64,000 nt of DNA, from positions 1,088,001 through 1,152,000 of the forward strand of contig CAVQHD010000001.1 in assembly GCA_963712275.1 (NCBI GenBank), given 5' to 3'. The notes beneath the pieces are model-generated. The model made no database searches and was not told the origin of the DNA. It was given only the letters and a program-made list of their open reading frames with translations. The stretch's first letter is position 1, and each line of letters begins with the position of its first letter. Made by a program: the position numbers and the translations under genes. Shown here piece after piece: positions 9,198 through 19,604 of the stretch. Source of the stretch: an uncultured Rhabdochlamydiaceae bacterium (GTDB taxonomy: Bacteria > Chlamydiota > Chlamydiia > Chlamydiales > Rhabdochlamydiaceae).

Positions 9198-9989
9198 TTA
9201 GGGGCTGTCGTCAAAAGAATTCGAGGCGAAGATAGCCTCTGGTTCTTGAAGCACAAAATTCAAGAAGCGCTTAAAGGGAGCTAAGTATTGTTGGATAGGG
9301 TTTCCTGCTGGGGATTGAAGGAGTTTATCTAAGATGTCTTTGAGATTTTCTTCGACGAAGATTTGTTTAATCGCTTCTCCTAAAGCTGAATTCATCAGTT
9401 GATCGCCTAAATTTCCACCTTGACTGCTGATATTGAGAAGCTCAATTTGCTTTATCGGTTTAAGTTTTCGAACTTTGCCATCACTTTGATAATACAGTTC
9501 TGCCTGGATGTTCGTGAGTAAGAGTCGTTTAATCAAAACCGATTTTTGCGTAGCAGAGGGGCGGCTTTCATCCTGAGCTTGTTTGGCATTTGCCAAAATT
9601 GTGCTCCAGTTGCCTCGAGTTGACTTAGGAGAGTCGAATTCAAGGCCAATGTAGATGTTACTGAGGACGATCTGATCGATTTCAATGTTATCGTGGAGGA
9701 AGTGGGTTAAAGGGGTTTTAATGGAGATCTTCTCCGTTAATAAGGCTTTGGGAAGTTCAAAGCCCGTGGGACTATGGATTTCAAAGTGATCGATGGTTAG
9801 TTGTCTGGGAGAGAGGCGCATATCTCCGATTTCAACTCCGACCTTGAGTCGTTTGGAGAGGTGCGTTGCAATCATATCAGGGACACGAGACCATAAAAGA
9901 AAGAGAAAAATGACCCCCCCAATCAGACAGAGGAGAATAATCCCAGCAAGACTTTTATAAAAGGTCTTCATAACTGGTGGATTTATCAA
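9198..9989 (-). CDS. Membrane-anchored AsmA-like protein
   Basis: N-terminal TM helix then a beta-rich body; lies downstream of groEL. Confidence 0.6.
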   Translation of the reverse strand: MINPPVMKTFYKSLAGIILLCLIGGVIFLFLLWSRVPDMIATHLSKRLKVGVEIGDMRLSPRQLTIDHFEIHSPTGFELPKALLTEKISIKTPLTHFLHDNIEIDQIVLSNIYIGLEFDSPKSTRGNWSTILANAKQAQDESRPSATQKSVLIKRLLLTNIQAELYYQSDGKVRKLKPIKQIELLNISSQGGNLGDQLMNSALGEAIKQIFVEENLKDILDKLLQSPAGNPIQQYLAPFKRFLNFVLQEPEAIFASNSFDDSP

Positions 9990-10014
9990 TTTTTTATTTT
10001 AAAATCAAACAAAG

Positions 10015-10097
10015 AAAAAAGGTAGGTAAGTGAGGAAAGCCCTATCTCACTTTCCTCACCTACCTACCGAAAGGCGCTTTTTTACAAAAGCGCCTTT
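10015..10097 (-). terminator. Tandem hairpins downstream of groEL (probable intrinsic terminator)
   Basis: Stems AAAGGCGCTTTT/AAAAGCGCCTTT (10070-10097) and GGTAGGTAAGTGAGGAAAG/CTTTCCTCACCTACCTACC (10021-10068), followed by a T-run on the minus strand. Confidence 0.7.
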
Positions 10098-10116
10098 GGT
10101 TAAGAAGCAAAAAAGA

Positions 10117-11748
<1,632 letters not shown>

Positions 11749-11763
11749 TTATTTCTCCTCAAG

Positions 11764-12075
11764 TTAATTAACAATTGCCACAATGTCGTCAGCTTTGACG
11801 ATGACATAATCTTCATCTTGAATGGTGACTTCTTGACCTGCATATTTATCCATTAAAATCACGTCGCCGACTTTGACAGGCATTGGGAGCGTTTTCCCTT
11901 CTTCTGTCATCTGACCAGGACCAACGGCGATTACTTTTGCTGTCTCTTGCTTTTTCTTAGCAGAGTCAGGAAGGATAATCTTACCTTTTAAAGTTTCTTC
12001 TTGCTCTAAACGTTGGGCTACAACGCGGTTGCCAAGAGGTTTCATTGATAATTTTTTTTCAGTTTGTTGTGTCAT
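11764..12075 (-). CDS. groES: Co-chaperonin GroES
   Basis: KPLGNRV, IILPDSAKKK and VKVGD motifs; AGGAG upstream of the ATG at 12075. Confidence 0.98.
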   Translation of the reverse strand: MTQQTEKKLSMKPLGNRVVAQRLEQEETLKGKIILPDSAKKKQETAKVIAVGPGQMTEEGKTLPMPVKVGDVILMDKYAGQEVTIQDEDYVIVKADDIVAIVN

Positions 12076-12153
12076 ACTTATCTCCTTCAAAAAGGTTTTC
12101 TAAGGCTGTAGTTTAAAGGATAGGGGAATTTTTCACAAGGGTAATTGCAAAAA

Positions 12154-12180
12154 GCAGCAATTATGCCGAGCGAGTGCTAG
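12154..12180 (-). promoter_or_regulatory. Degenerate CIRCE (HrcA operator) upstream of groES
   Basis: Minus strand reads CTAGCACTC-N9-AATTGCTGC against the consensus TTAGCACTC-N9-GAGTGCTAA, directly upstream of groESL. Confidence 0.6.
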
Positions 12181-12240
12181 AAAATGTGAAGGAAATTTTG
12201 CAACTCCCTCTTGACTATGACTTGATGAATCGATCATGAT

Positions 12241-14067
12241 ATGGCTATCAAGGAGTTAGAGGTGAATCGATTAGAAACTTCTTTACAGGACAAGTGGAAT
12301 GTTGAAGCATTTTATCCCTCATTAGAAGCGTGGAATAAAGATTTTAATCAATGGAGGGAGCAGGGAGAGGGGAGCTATTGGCAGAAAATCAATACATTTC
12401 GGGGAAGGCTTAAGGAAGGAGCTCCTGTTATTGTACAGCTCTTAGAGGCTTATCTGGAATTAGATCGACATCTAACGAAGCTTTATACGTACGCCCACTT
12501 GAGGCATGACGAAGATGTCAGCGAGACACAGCATAAAACAGCTTATCACCGAATCACGGCGCTGAGCCACGAATTCCGACAAATAACTGCGTGGATTGAG
12601 CCTGAGTTTCTCCAAATCGGTGAAAAAGATCTTGAGTTGATGCTTCAAGACCCTCTTTTAAAGCCGTATCGATTTTATTTAGAGAAAATTGTCCGCCTAA
12701 AGCCCCATGTCTTAGAATCCGCTCAGGAGGAGCTGCTTGCGCGTGCCGCTTTTGCTCTTGATGCGGCCGGAAGGGCTTTTGGGGCTTTCAATAATGCCGA
12801 TTTAAAATTTCCAAAGGTGGTCGACGGACAAGGGGTTTTTCATGAACTGACTCATGGAAAATATTTAACTTACTTACGCAGTCCGGATCGAATACTCCGT
12901 CAAGAATCTTTTCAAACACTTCATAGGACCTATAACCTGTGGGAAAATACACTCAGCGAACTTATTCATGGAGAAGTGCAAAAACATCTTTTTTTTGCAA
13001 AAGCCCGCAAATTTGAGTCTTGCCTTGAGGCGGCCTTATTTCCTCATCATATCGACCCCAAAGTCTACCTGGGGTTGATCGAAACTGTTCGGGCTCACCT
13101 TCCGGTTCTCCACCGTTATTTGGCGCTTCGAAAGAGCCTTTTAAATTTGGATGAGCTGCACCTCTATGATTTGCATGCTCCGCTGATTGCAGATATTGAG
13201 ATGAAGGTTGGGTTTGATGAGGCAGTTCAGTGGATTATTGAAGCCGTTTCTCCTTTGAAGCCGCCGTACCAACAGACTCTTCGAAAGGGGCTTGTTGTTG
13301 ATCGATGGGTCGATCGATATGAAAATGACCAAAAACGGTCGGGTGCTTATTCGAGCGGCTGTTATGATAGTTTTCCCTATATATTAATGAATTACCATGG
13401 CCAGTTTTATGATATGATGACGCTCTCGCATGAGGCAGGACATAGCATGCATTCCTATCTATCGTGGACGCATCAGCCTTATCATGATTCAGCCTATCCT
13501 ATTTTTCTTGCAGAGGTAGCATCAACGTTTCATGAAGAGCTAACGTTCCTTCATCTCATGAAAAATCTTCAAGATTCTAGACAGCGCGCTTATCTCATTA
13601 ACCAAAAGATTGAAGATATTCGAAATACGTTTTTCAGACAGGTAATGTTTGCAGAGTTTGAACTGAAACTTCACGAGAGTGCTCAGCAGGGGATTCCTTT
13701 GACTCCCGCCTATCTAAAGCAAGAATATCTCGAACTTAATCGTCAGTATTTTGGTCCTTCAGTGGTTATTGACGAAGAGATTGCAATTGAATGGGCGCGT
13801 ATTCCTCATTTTTACTACAATTTTTATGTCTACCAGTACGCGACGGGCATTTCGGCAGCCCATGCTCTTGTTCAAAAGGTTTTGAAAGACGGGCCAGAGG
13901 CTTATTTGCGATTCCTTTCTTCAGGCGGAAGTCGCTTCCCTCTTGATATTTTGCGAGAAGCAGGGGTCGATATGACCACACCCTTGCCTATTCGCGAGAC
14001 GCTGACACATTTTGAGAGTTTGGTTCAGCAGTTTCAAGAACTTACAGTGCTATCAACAAAAAAATGA
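12241..14067 (+). CDS. pepF: Oligoendopeptidase F (start may be GTG 12262)
   Basis: KRSGAYS, HEAGHSMHSY, AEVAST and WARIPHFYYNFYVYQYATG motifs. Confidence 0.96.
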   Translation: MAIKELEVNRLETSLQDKWNVEAFYPSLEAWNKDFNQWREQGEGSYWQKINTFRGRLKEGAPVIVQLLEAYLELDRHLTKLYTYAHLRHDEDVSETQHKTAYHRITALSHEFRQITAWIEPEFLQIGEKDLELMLQDPLLKPYRFYLEKIVRLKPHVLESAQEELLARAAFALDAAGRAFGAFNNADLKFPKVVDGQGVFHELTHGKYLTYLRSPDRILRQESFQTLHRTYNLWENTLSELIHGEVQKHLFFAKARKFESCLEAALFPHHIDPKVYLGLIETVRAHLPVLHRYLALRKSLLNLDELHLYDLHAPLIADIEMKVGFDEAVQWIIEAVSPLKPPYQQTLRKGLVVDRWVDRYENDQKRSGAYSSGCYDSFPYILMNYHGQFYDMMTLSHEAGHSMHSYLSWTHQPYHDSAYPIFLAEVASTFHEELTFLHLMKNLQDSRQRAYLINQKIEDIRNTFFRQVMFAEFELKLHESAQQGIPLTPAYLKQEYLELNRQYFGPSVVIDEEIAIEWARIPHFYYNFYVYQYATGISAAHALVQKVLKDGPEAYLRFLSSGGSRFPLDILREAGVDMTTPLPIRETLTHFESLVQQFQELTVLSTKK

Positions 14068-14118
14068 TTGCTTCAAAAAAAGAAGAAGAGTATGGAGTTG
14101 TGTGCAAATTAGGAATTC

Positions 14119-14400
14119 ATGGCTGAAAAAAAAGTTGTTGATACGTTTACTGTTATTAATAAGCAGGGACTTCATACGCGGCCTTCAACAGAAATTGTCA
14201 AATGTGCAACAGCTTTTAGGTCTCGCGTGATGCTTGATCATAAAGGGGTTTGTGTCAATGCAAAATCGTTATTGGGGATTTTAATGCTTTCCGCAGGCGA
14301 AGGTGCAAAAGTGACTATTGAAGCTGTCGGAGAGGATGCGGAAGAAGCTGTTCGATCTATTCAGGAGCTTGCAAATCATCAATTCTACGTTAGTTATTAG
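14119..14400 (+). CDS. ptsH: Phosphocarrier protein HPr
   Basis: GLHTRP (phospho-His) and NAKSLLGILML (regulatory Ser) motifs. Confidence 0.95.
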   Translation: MAEKKVVDTFTVINKQGLHTRPSTEIVKCATAFRSRVMLDHKGVCVNAKSLLGILMLSAGEGAKVTIEAVGEDAEEAVRSIQELANHQFYVSY

Positions 14401-14810
14401 TGCTCATCCATTGCAACCGTTTTCGTGAAAACTTCACGGGTGCAGAAAAGAGGAATTTTTTTGGTTAAAGCTAAAATGATGGAATCACTGGGGCGTGTAT
14501 CGATTTCGAGCACTTGTTTTTGAGCTCCTAGGGATTGTTCTAAAAAAAGACGCGCGAAATAGGTGGTCTCTTGGACATCGTTGATGACTACTTGCAGTAG
14601 CTTGACGCCTAGCCCTTCAAAAGCTCTTTCCATGAGGTCATAGGTGGAGGGACGGGATGGGTGGACGTGAGTCAAATGAAGCTGGAGAAGCTGCCCCACT
14701 TGAGGTTCTGCGTAAATGGCAAACTTTTTTTCGTCTGTTCCAAGAATCATGACAGTATAAGCTCGCGATTGCAAGATTTTGTGAAAACTTAAGGGAATCA
14801 ATTCGCTCAT
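14397..14810 (-). CDS. Bifunctional nuclease family protein (DUF151)
   Basis: RPSTYDL, TYFARL and EIDTRPSDSIILAL motifs. Confidence 0.88.
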   Translation of the reverse strand: MSELIPLSFHKILQSRAYTVMILGTDEKKFAIYAEPQVGQLLQLHLTHVHPSRPSTYDLMERAFEGLGVKLLQVVINDVQETTYFARLFLEQSLGAQKQVLEIDTRPSDSIILALTKKIPLFCTREVFTKTVAMDEH

Positions 14811-14854
14811 ATTAGACCTCTTTCGAAACTAGTTGAACAAAATCAACATTAATT

Positions 14855-15550
14855 TCAAGAGACAACGACGGAACCGTCTTTGAATCCGATAATCACACGG
14901 CCGGCTTGATTTAAGAAAAATCCTGTTTCAACCACTCCTGGAATGGAGCAGATCTTTTCATGGGCTTTAGCTGGATCGGAAGAGGAAAGGATGACATCGT
15001 AAATCAAGTTGTTGTTTTCGGTTGTCCAAACCGTTCCGTCGGGGTTTTTACGAAGCTTGCCTCGGTAGCCGAGCTGGTGAAGATGGTGGAGCGTGGCTGC
15101 TTGGCCAAAGGGGATGATTTCAACAGGAAGGGGTTTGGCGCCTAGCTTAGAAACAAGCTTGGTTTCATCGACAATAACAGCCATTTCTCGGCTCATATAA
15201 GCCAAGATTTTTTCTCGTAAAAGCGCTCCGCCAGCTCCTTTGATCATTTGTTTTTGAGAATCAATTTCATCTGCTCCATCGACATATAAATCGATAGAAG
15301 TCAGAGACGTCATATCGTAAAAAGGAAGCCCCCCTTTTTCAGCAAGAAGACAGGATGCGTTTGAGCTTGCAACGACATCGACTTTAATCCCTTGCCGATA
15401 GGCGCTACCAAGGGCTTCAATAAAATAAGCTGTTGTTGACCCGGTGCCGAGTCCAATGACCATCCCTTTCTCAATCAGGGAGATCGCTTTTTCTGCAGCG
15501 GCTTTTTTGCACGCCTCTAAGTTGACTAAATTCCCCACACAGCCTCGCAA
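14855..15550 (-). CDS. rpiA: Ribose-5-phosphate isomerase A (start uncertain)
   Basis: GLGTGST, DGADEID, IKGAGGALLREK and IPGVVETGFF motifs. Confidence 0.96.
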   Translation of the reverse strand: MRGCVGNLVNLEACKKAAAEKAISLIEKGMVIGLGTGSTTAYFIEALGSAYRQGIKVDVVASSNASCLLAEKGGLPFYDMTSLTSIDLYVDGADEIDSQKQMIKGAGGALLREKILAYMSREMAVIVDETKLVSKLGAKPLPVEIIPFGQAATLHHLHQLGYRGKLRKNPDGTVWTTENNNLIYDVILSSSDPAKAHEKICSIPGVVETGFFLNQAGRVIIGFKDGSVVVS

Positions 15551-15595
15551 GTTTCGTCGATACTAACATCATACATTCGATGGCAGATATATGCC

Positions 15596-15757
15596 ATATT
15601 TGAAACCTCTGCTCACTCGCACTTATTTTCATTTCTTCACCACGGAGACACGGAGGAGGATGAGATTGCACAGAGAAAAATTTTTCTCTGTGCAATCTCA
15701 TCCTCCTCCGTGGTGAAGAAATGGAAATAAGTGCGAGTGAGCAGAGGTTTCAAATAT
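15596..15757. mobile_element. Palindromic miniature element, family P1 (outer shell B)
   Basis: Near-perfect palindrome ATATTTGAAACCTCTGCTCACTCGCACTTAT...ATAAGTGCGAGTGAGCAGAGGTTTCAAATAT around a CACCACGGAGACAC...GCACAGAG core. Confidence 0.85.
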
Positions 15758-15788
15758 TTGCTCTAGCTTCCTGTGCTTTGTCTTTGTT

Positions 15789-15894
15789 AAAGTGGCGATA
15801 AGTCAATATTTTTCAGACTTATCGCCACCTTTATCAATCAAAGTGGCGATAAGTCTGAAAAATATTGACTTATCGCCACTTTGTTAGCTATAAT
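15789..15894 (+). promoter_or_regulatory. Fourfold palindromic operator-like repeat overlapping a sigma70-type promoter
   Basis: AAAGTGGCGATAAGTC occurs four times in alternating orientation (15789-15882, one copy imperfect). TTGACT (15865-70) lies 18 bp upstream of TATAAT (15889-94). Confidence 0.7.
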
Positions 15895-15910
15895 TGGCGA
15901 AAACTAGGGA

Positions 15911-17371
15911 ATGAACATGGATGAAGCAATTATAGGTCGAGATGAGGAGGTACAAGCTCTTCAGGAAGTTTATGATTCTACCGAGCCTCAGTTTCTTGCC
16001 GTTTATGGGAGAAGAAGAATTGGTAAGACATACCTGATTAGTGAATTTTTTAAAAACAAAGGTGTGTATTTTGAGATAACGGGGATGAAAGAAGGGTCAA
16101 AGGCTGAGCAGTTGTTCCAGTTTGCCTATGAATTTTCTCGTAAATTTAATTCGGAAAAAAGAATTTCTCCTCCAAAAACCTGGGGAGAGGCTTTTATTTT
16201 ATTGAATGAAGCGATTGAAAAAGCACCAAATGAGAAAAAAGTTATCTTATTTTTCGATGAAGTTCCATGGCTTGCTTCTCCACGTTCTAATTTTCTAAAT
16301 GCTTTAGAGCATTTCTGGAATCGGTACCTCTCTAGGAACAAAAATGTGATTTTGATTGTTTGCGGCTCTTCAGCCTCCTGGATTATTAAGAAAATCATCA
16401 ACAATAAAGGGGGATTACATGGAAGGGTGACAAAAAAAATACGGTTGCTCCCGTTTACCCTTTCTGAGACAGAAAAATATTTTAAATCCCGGCATATTGA
16501 TTTAGACAGAAAACAGATTATGGATATCTACATGGCATTAGGAGGGGTTCCGAAATACCTCTCCTATGTCGCAAGGGGCAAATCCGCACCCCAAATTATC
16601 AATGAGTTATGCTTCTCCTCAAAGGGAGGCTTATATGATGAATTTAACAACCTTTATAAATCTCTTTTCGAGAGTTATGAGCATCATATAGCGATTGTTA
16701 AGGCGCTTGCCAAAGCAGTGAAAGGTCTATCAAAAGATGAACTTCTGAGTAAAGTCAAGTTAGCCTCGGGTGGGTCTTCAAGTAGAATCATAGAAGAACT
16801 GATGGATGCGGGTTTCCTGATTTGTGAGCCTTCATTTAATAAAAAAAAGAGAAGCGGAATATATCGGCTTGTCGATGAATATTCACTCTTCTACTTAACC
16901 TGGATTGCAGAAAATGTCTCCATCAGTTTAGAGAGTGTTGATCCTGAATATTGGATAAAAAAATATGATACATCCAAGTGGCATTCTTGGAGCGGCTGCG
17001 CCTTTGAATCGCTTTGTCTAAAACATATTCAATTTATAAAAAAAGCACTTGGAATTTCTGGCATCAGCACGATCGAATCAGGATGGCGCCATATTCCCAA
17101 AAAAGGAAGTGATAAAGGAGCGCAAATAGACCTTGTTATCGATAGGGCAGACAGATGTATCAACTTATGTGAAATGAAGTATAGCGACTCGGAATTTGTC
17201 ATCGACAAATCGTACATAGAAAAATTAAAAAATAAAAAAAAGGTTTTTAAAGAGCAAACAAAGACTTCTAAAACCCTTTTTTTGACTATGATTACAACCT
17301 ATGGTGTTAAAAAGAATGTGCATTATCTCTCAATCGTCGATCATCAGCTGACAATGGGTGACTTTTTTTGA
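15911..17371 (+). CDS. AAA-type ATPase with a C-terminal PD-(D/E)XK-like domain (ATPase_2/DUF234 type)
   Basis: IIGR, GRRRIGKT Walker A, ILFFDE Walker B, CGSS and GGVPKYL motifs; C-terminal QIDLVIDR...LCEMK. Confidence 0.88.
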   Translation: MNMDEAIIGRDEEVQALQEVYDSTEPQFLAVYGRRRIGKTYLISEFFKNKGVYFEITGMKEGSKAEQLFQFAYEFSRKFNSEKRISPPKTWGEAFILLNEAIEKAPNEKKVILFFDEVPWLASPRSNFLNALEHFWNRYLSRNKNVILIVCGSSASWIIKKIINNKGGLHGRVTKKIRLLPFTLSETEKYFKSRHIDLDRKQIMDIYMALGGVPKYLSYVARGKSAPQIINELCFSSKGGLYDEFNNLYKSLFESYEHHIAIVKALAKAVKGLSKDELLSKVKLASGGSSSRIIEELMDAGFLICEPSFNKKKRSGIYRLVDEYSLFYLTWIAENVSISLESVDPEYWIKKYDTSKWHSWSGCAFESLCLKHIQFIKKALGISGISTIESGWRHIPKKGSDKGAQIDLVIDRADRCINLCEMKYSDSEFVIDKSYIEKLKNKKKVFKEQTKTSKTLFLTMITTYGVKKNVHYLSIVDHQLTMGDFF

Positions 17372-17417
17372 AGAAATACACTATACTGCCGATTCCAACT
17401 TATAAGGGAGAAAGAGG

Positions 17418-17717
17418 ATGCCAACGACGCCAAAAAACAATGCGCAGATCAAGAAACTAGCTGAGGAAAGTCCTAAAACGCAAAAAGCGCGAAGCAAGCT
17501 CAAGAAAAAACTTAGCAAGACAGAGGGGCAGCTGACATCAAAAGCTTTAAAAGCTAAGTCGGTAGAAATTGCTCAATGGATTGAGCGGTATTCATCCGAC
17601 CGCCTGCCCGTTCAAAAAGATATTTCTCTCTTCGATCAAAATCGGAATTCAGCCAAAATGAGCCGCAGTACTGAAAAACTAGCGGAAGAATTAGCTCTTG
17701 AGTTGAAAAAGGCGTAA
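17418..17717 (+). CDS. Small Lys-rich hypothetical protein
   Basis: 99-aa ORF with a GGAG/GAGG RBS, ending 5 bp before tyrS. Confidence 0.65.
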   Translation: MPTTPKNNAQIKKLAEESPKTQKARSKLKKKLSKTEGQLTSKALKAKSVEIAQWIERYSSDRLPVQKDISLFDQNRNSAKMSRSTEKLAEELALELKKA

Positions 17718-17722
17718 AAGAA

Positions 17723-18991
17723 GTGAATATCATTAATTGTCTGGAGGAAAGAGGGCTTGTTGAAGCCGTAACAAGCGAGGAGTTAAAAAATGTTTGCGCA
17801 AAGCCGATCAAGCTTTATATTGGGTTTGATCCGACGGCTGACAGTCTTCACTTGGGGAGTTTAATCGGAATCATCGTTCTTCGGTGGTTTCAAAAGTTTG
17901 GACATACGCCGGTGGTGGTTTTAGGGGGAGCGACGGGACGCATCGGAGACCCTTCGGGAAAAAGCGTTGAGAGGCCTCTCTTAGATCCCGTGGCAATCAA
18001 CTCCAATATTACACGGATTAAAGCCCATTTTGAAAAGATTCTCAATTTATCAGATCCTAAAACGTTGCCGCTATTTTTCAACAACGATGACTGGTTTGCA
18101 GACTACTCCTTCATCGATTTTTTAAGAGATGTTGGAAAATATTTCCGTGTGAATGTGATGCTCGCAAAAGAAAGCGTTAAGGCCCGTTTGGCGTCTGATG
18201 AGGGGATTTCCTTTACAGAATTTAGCTACCAACTTTTGCAGGCTTTTGATTTTTACCATCTTTTTCACAAAGAAGGGGTCGTTCTTCAAGCGGGAGGAAG
18301 TGATCAGTGGGGCAACATCACGGCCGGAACGGAATTGGTTCGTAAACTTCTTGGCCAAACAGCCTATGGTCTGACGCACCCGCTTTTGACCCGCAGCGAT
18401 GGAAAAAAATTTGGAAAGACAGAAGGGGGAGCGGTTTGGCTTGCTGCAGATCGAAGCTCTCCTTATGAGCTCTATCAATATTTGTACCGTACTCCTGATG
18501 CAGATGTCATTAAATTGATGCGAATGCTCACCATGATCGAAATGGGTGAGATTTGGCGGTGGGAGAAAAAGTTGAAAGAACCAAATTATATCCCTAACAG
18601 CGCGCAAAAACGGCTTGCTGAAGAACTGACGGCGCTATTGCATGGGAGCGAAGGGCTGCACTCTGCACTTCGGGCAACAGAAGCGGCAGCCCCGGGCCAT
18701 CAAACTGAATTGAATCCAGATGTCTTTCGTCAGATGATGAAAGAGCTTCCCTATGTTCAACTATCCAAAAGTGACGTCATCGATAAAAAGTATATCGACA
18801 TTGCAGTGCAAAGTGGTCTTGTTACCAGCAAAGGCGAAGCAACGCGTTTAATTGCTCAAGGGGGGGCTTATCTCAATAATGATCGCGTAAAAGACCCTCT
18901 TCTTTGTCTTCATGCAGCTCATTTGATTGGAGGGGAATTTATTCTTCTTGGTTCTGGTAGGAAGAAAAAAATCCTCCTTTACATCGTTTAA
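17723..18991 (+). CDS. tyrS: Tyrosine--tRNA ligase
   Basis: YIGFDPTADSLHLG, GGSDQWGNI and KFGKT motifs; C-terminal S4-like domain. Confidence 0.98.
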   Translation: MNIINCLEERGLVEAVTSEELKNVCAKPIKLYIGFDPTADSLHLGSLIGIIVLRWFQKFGHTPVVVLGGATGRIGDPSGKSVERPLLDPVAINSNITRIKAHFEKILNLSDPKTLPLFFNNDDWFADYSFIDFLRDVGKYFRVNVMLAKESVKARLASDEGISFTEFSYQLLQAFDFYHLFHKEGVVLQAGGSDQWGNITAGTELVRKLLGQTAYGLTHPLLTRSDGKKFGKTEGGAVWLAADRSSPYELYQYLYRTPDADVIKLMRMLTMIEMGEIWRWEKKLKEPNYIPNSAQKRLAEELTALLHGSEGLHSALRATEAAAPGHQTELNPDVFRQMMKELPYVQLSKSDVIDKKYIDIAVQSGLVTSKGEATRLIAQGGAYLNNDRVKDPLLCLHAAHLIGGEFILLGSGRKKKILLYIV

Positions 18992-19018
18992 GATAATTTT
19001 TTTCAGAGCACGGGAAAC

Positions 19019-19180
19019 TTAAAACTTTTGCTCACTCAGACTTATTTCCATTTCTTCACCACAGAGACACAGAGAGAGATGAGATTGCACAGAGAAATTT
19101 TTCCCTCTGTGCAATCTCATCTCTCTCTGTGTCTCTGTGGTGAAGAAATGGAAATAAGTCTGAGTGAGCAAAAGTTTTAA
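19019..19180. mobile_element. Palindromic miniature element, family P1 (outer shell B)
   Basis: Perfect arms TTAAAACTTTTGCTCACTCAGACTTATTTCCATTTCTTCACCACAGAGACACAGAG... and complement, with a short loop. Confidence 0.87.
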
Positions 19181-19283
19181 ATATTAGTTCTAATTTCCCA
19201 TGCCCTGAATTTTTTTTCAAAAAGACTTGCTTGAAAATCAACAAGATACAAAAATGAAATCTAAGATACAGGGAGATTAAGAC

Positions 19284-19595
19284 ATGGCAACGATCACGAA
19301 AAAGGAACTTGTTATCAAAATTTCTCAAGCTCTTGGCATACATCCCAATGAGGTGCGTAATGTTATTCAACTATTTCTCGATGAAATGACTGACGGCCTG
19401 GCAAAAGGCGATCGTTATGAATTTCGCGACTTTGGAATTTTTGAGATTGTGGAAAGAAAACAAAAAATTGGCCGCAATCCTAAGAATGCCTCGGTGGCAA
19501 TCGTGATTCCCGCACGTCCAGCTGTGAAATTTACCCCAGGCAAAAAGATGAAAAAGATGATCGAAAAACAACCTGTTCCTTCAAAGGTTATTTAA
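19284..19595 (+). CDS. ihfA: Integration host factor / HU-family DNA-binding protein
   Basis: TITKKEL, FRDFGIF, GRNPK and VKFTPGK motifs. Confidence 0.92.
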   Translation: MATITKKELVIKISQALGIHPNEVRNVIQLFLDEMTDGLAKGDRYEFRDFGIFEIVERKQKIGRNPKNASVAIVIPARPAVKFTPGKKMKKMIEKQPVPSKVI

Positions 19596-19604
19596 AGGTT
19601 CTTT

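Noticed and set aside
17371..17723. T-box riboswitch upstream of tyrS
   Set aside because: The region is occupied by a plausible CDS and no T-box motif was seen.
15471..19370. ORFs 15471-15701 and 19056-19370
   Set aside because: They start in or run into P1 palindromes and overlap real genes or lie antisense to them.
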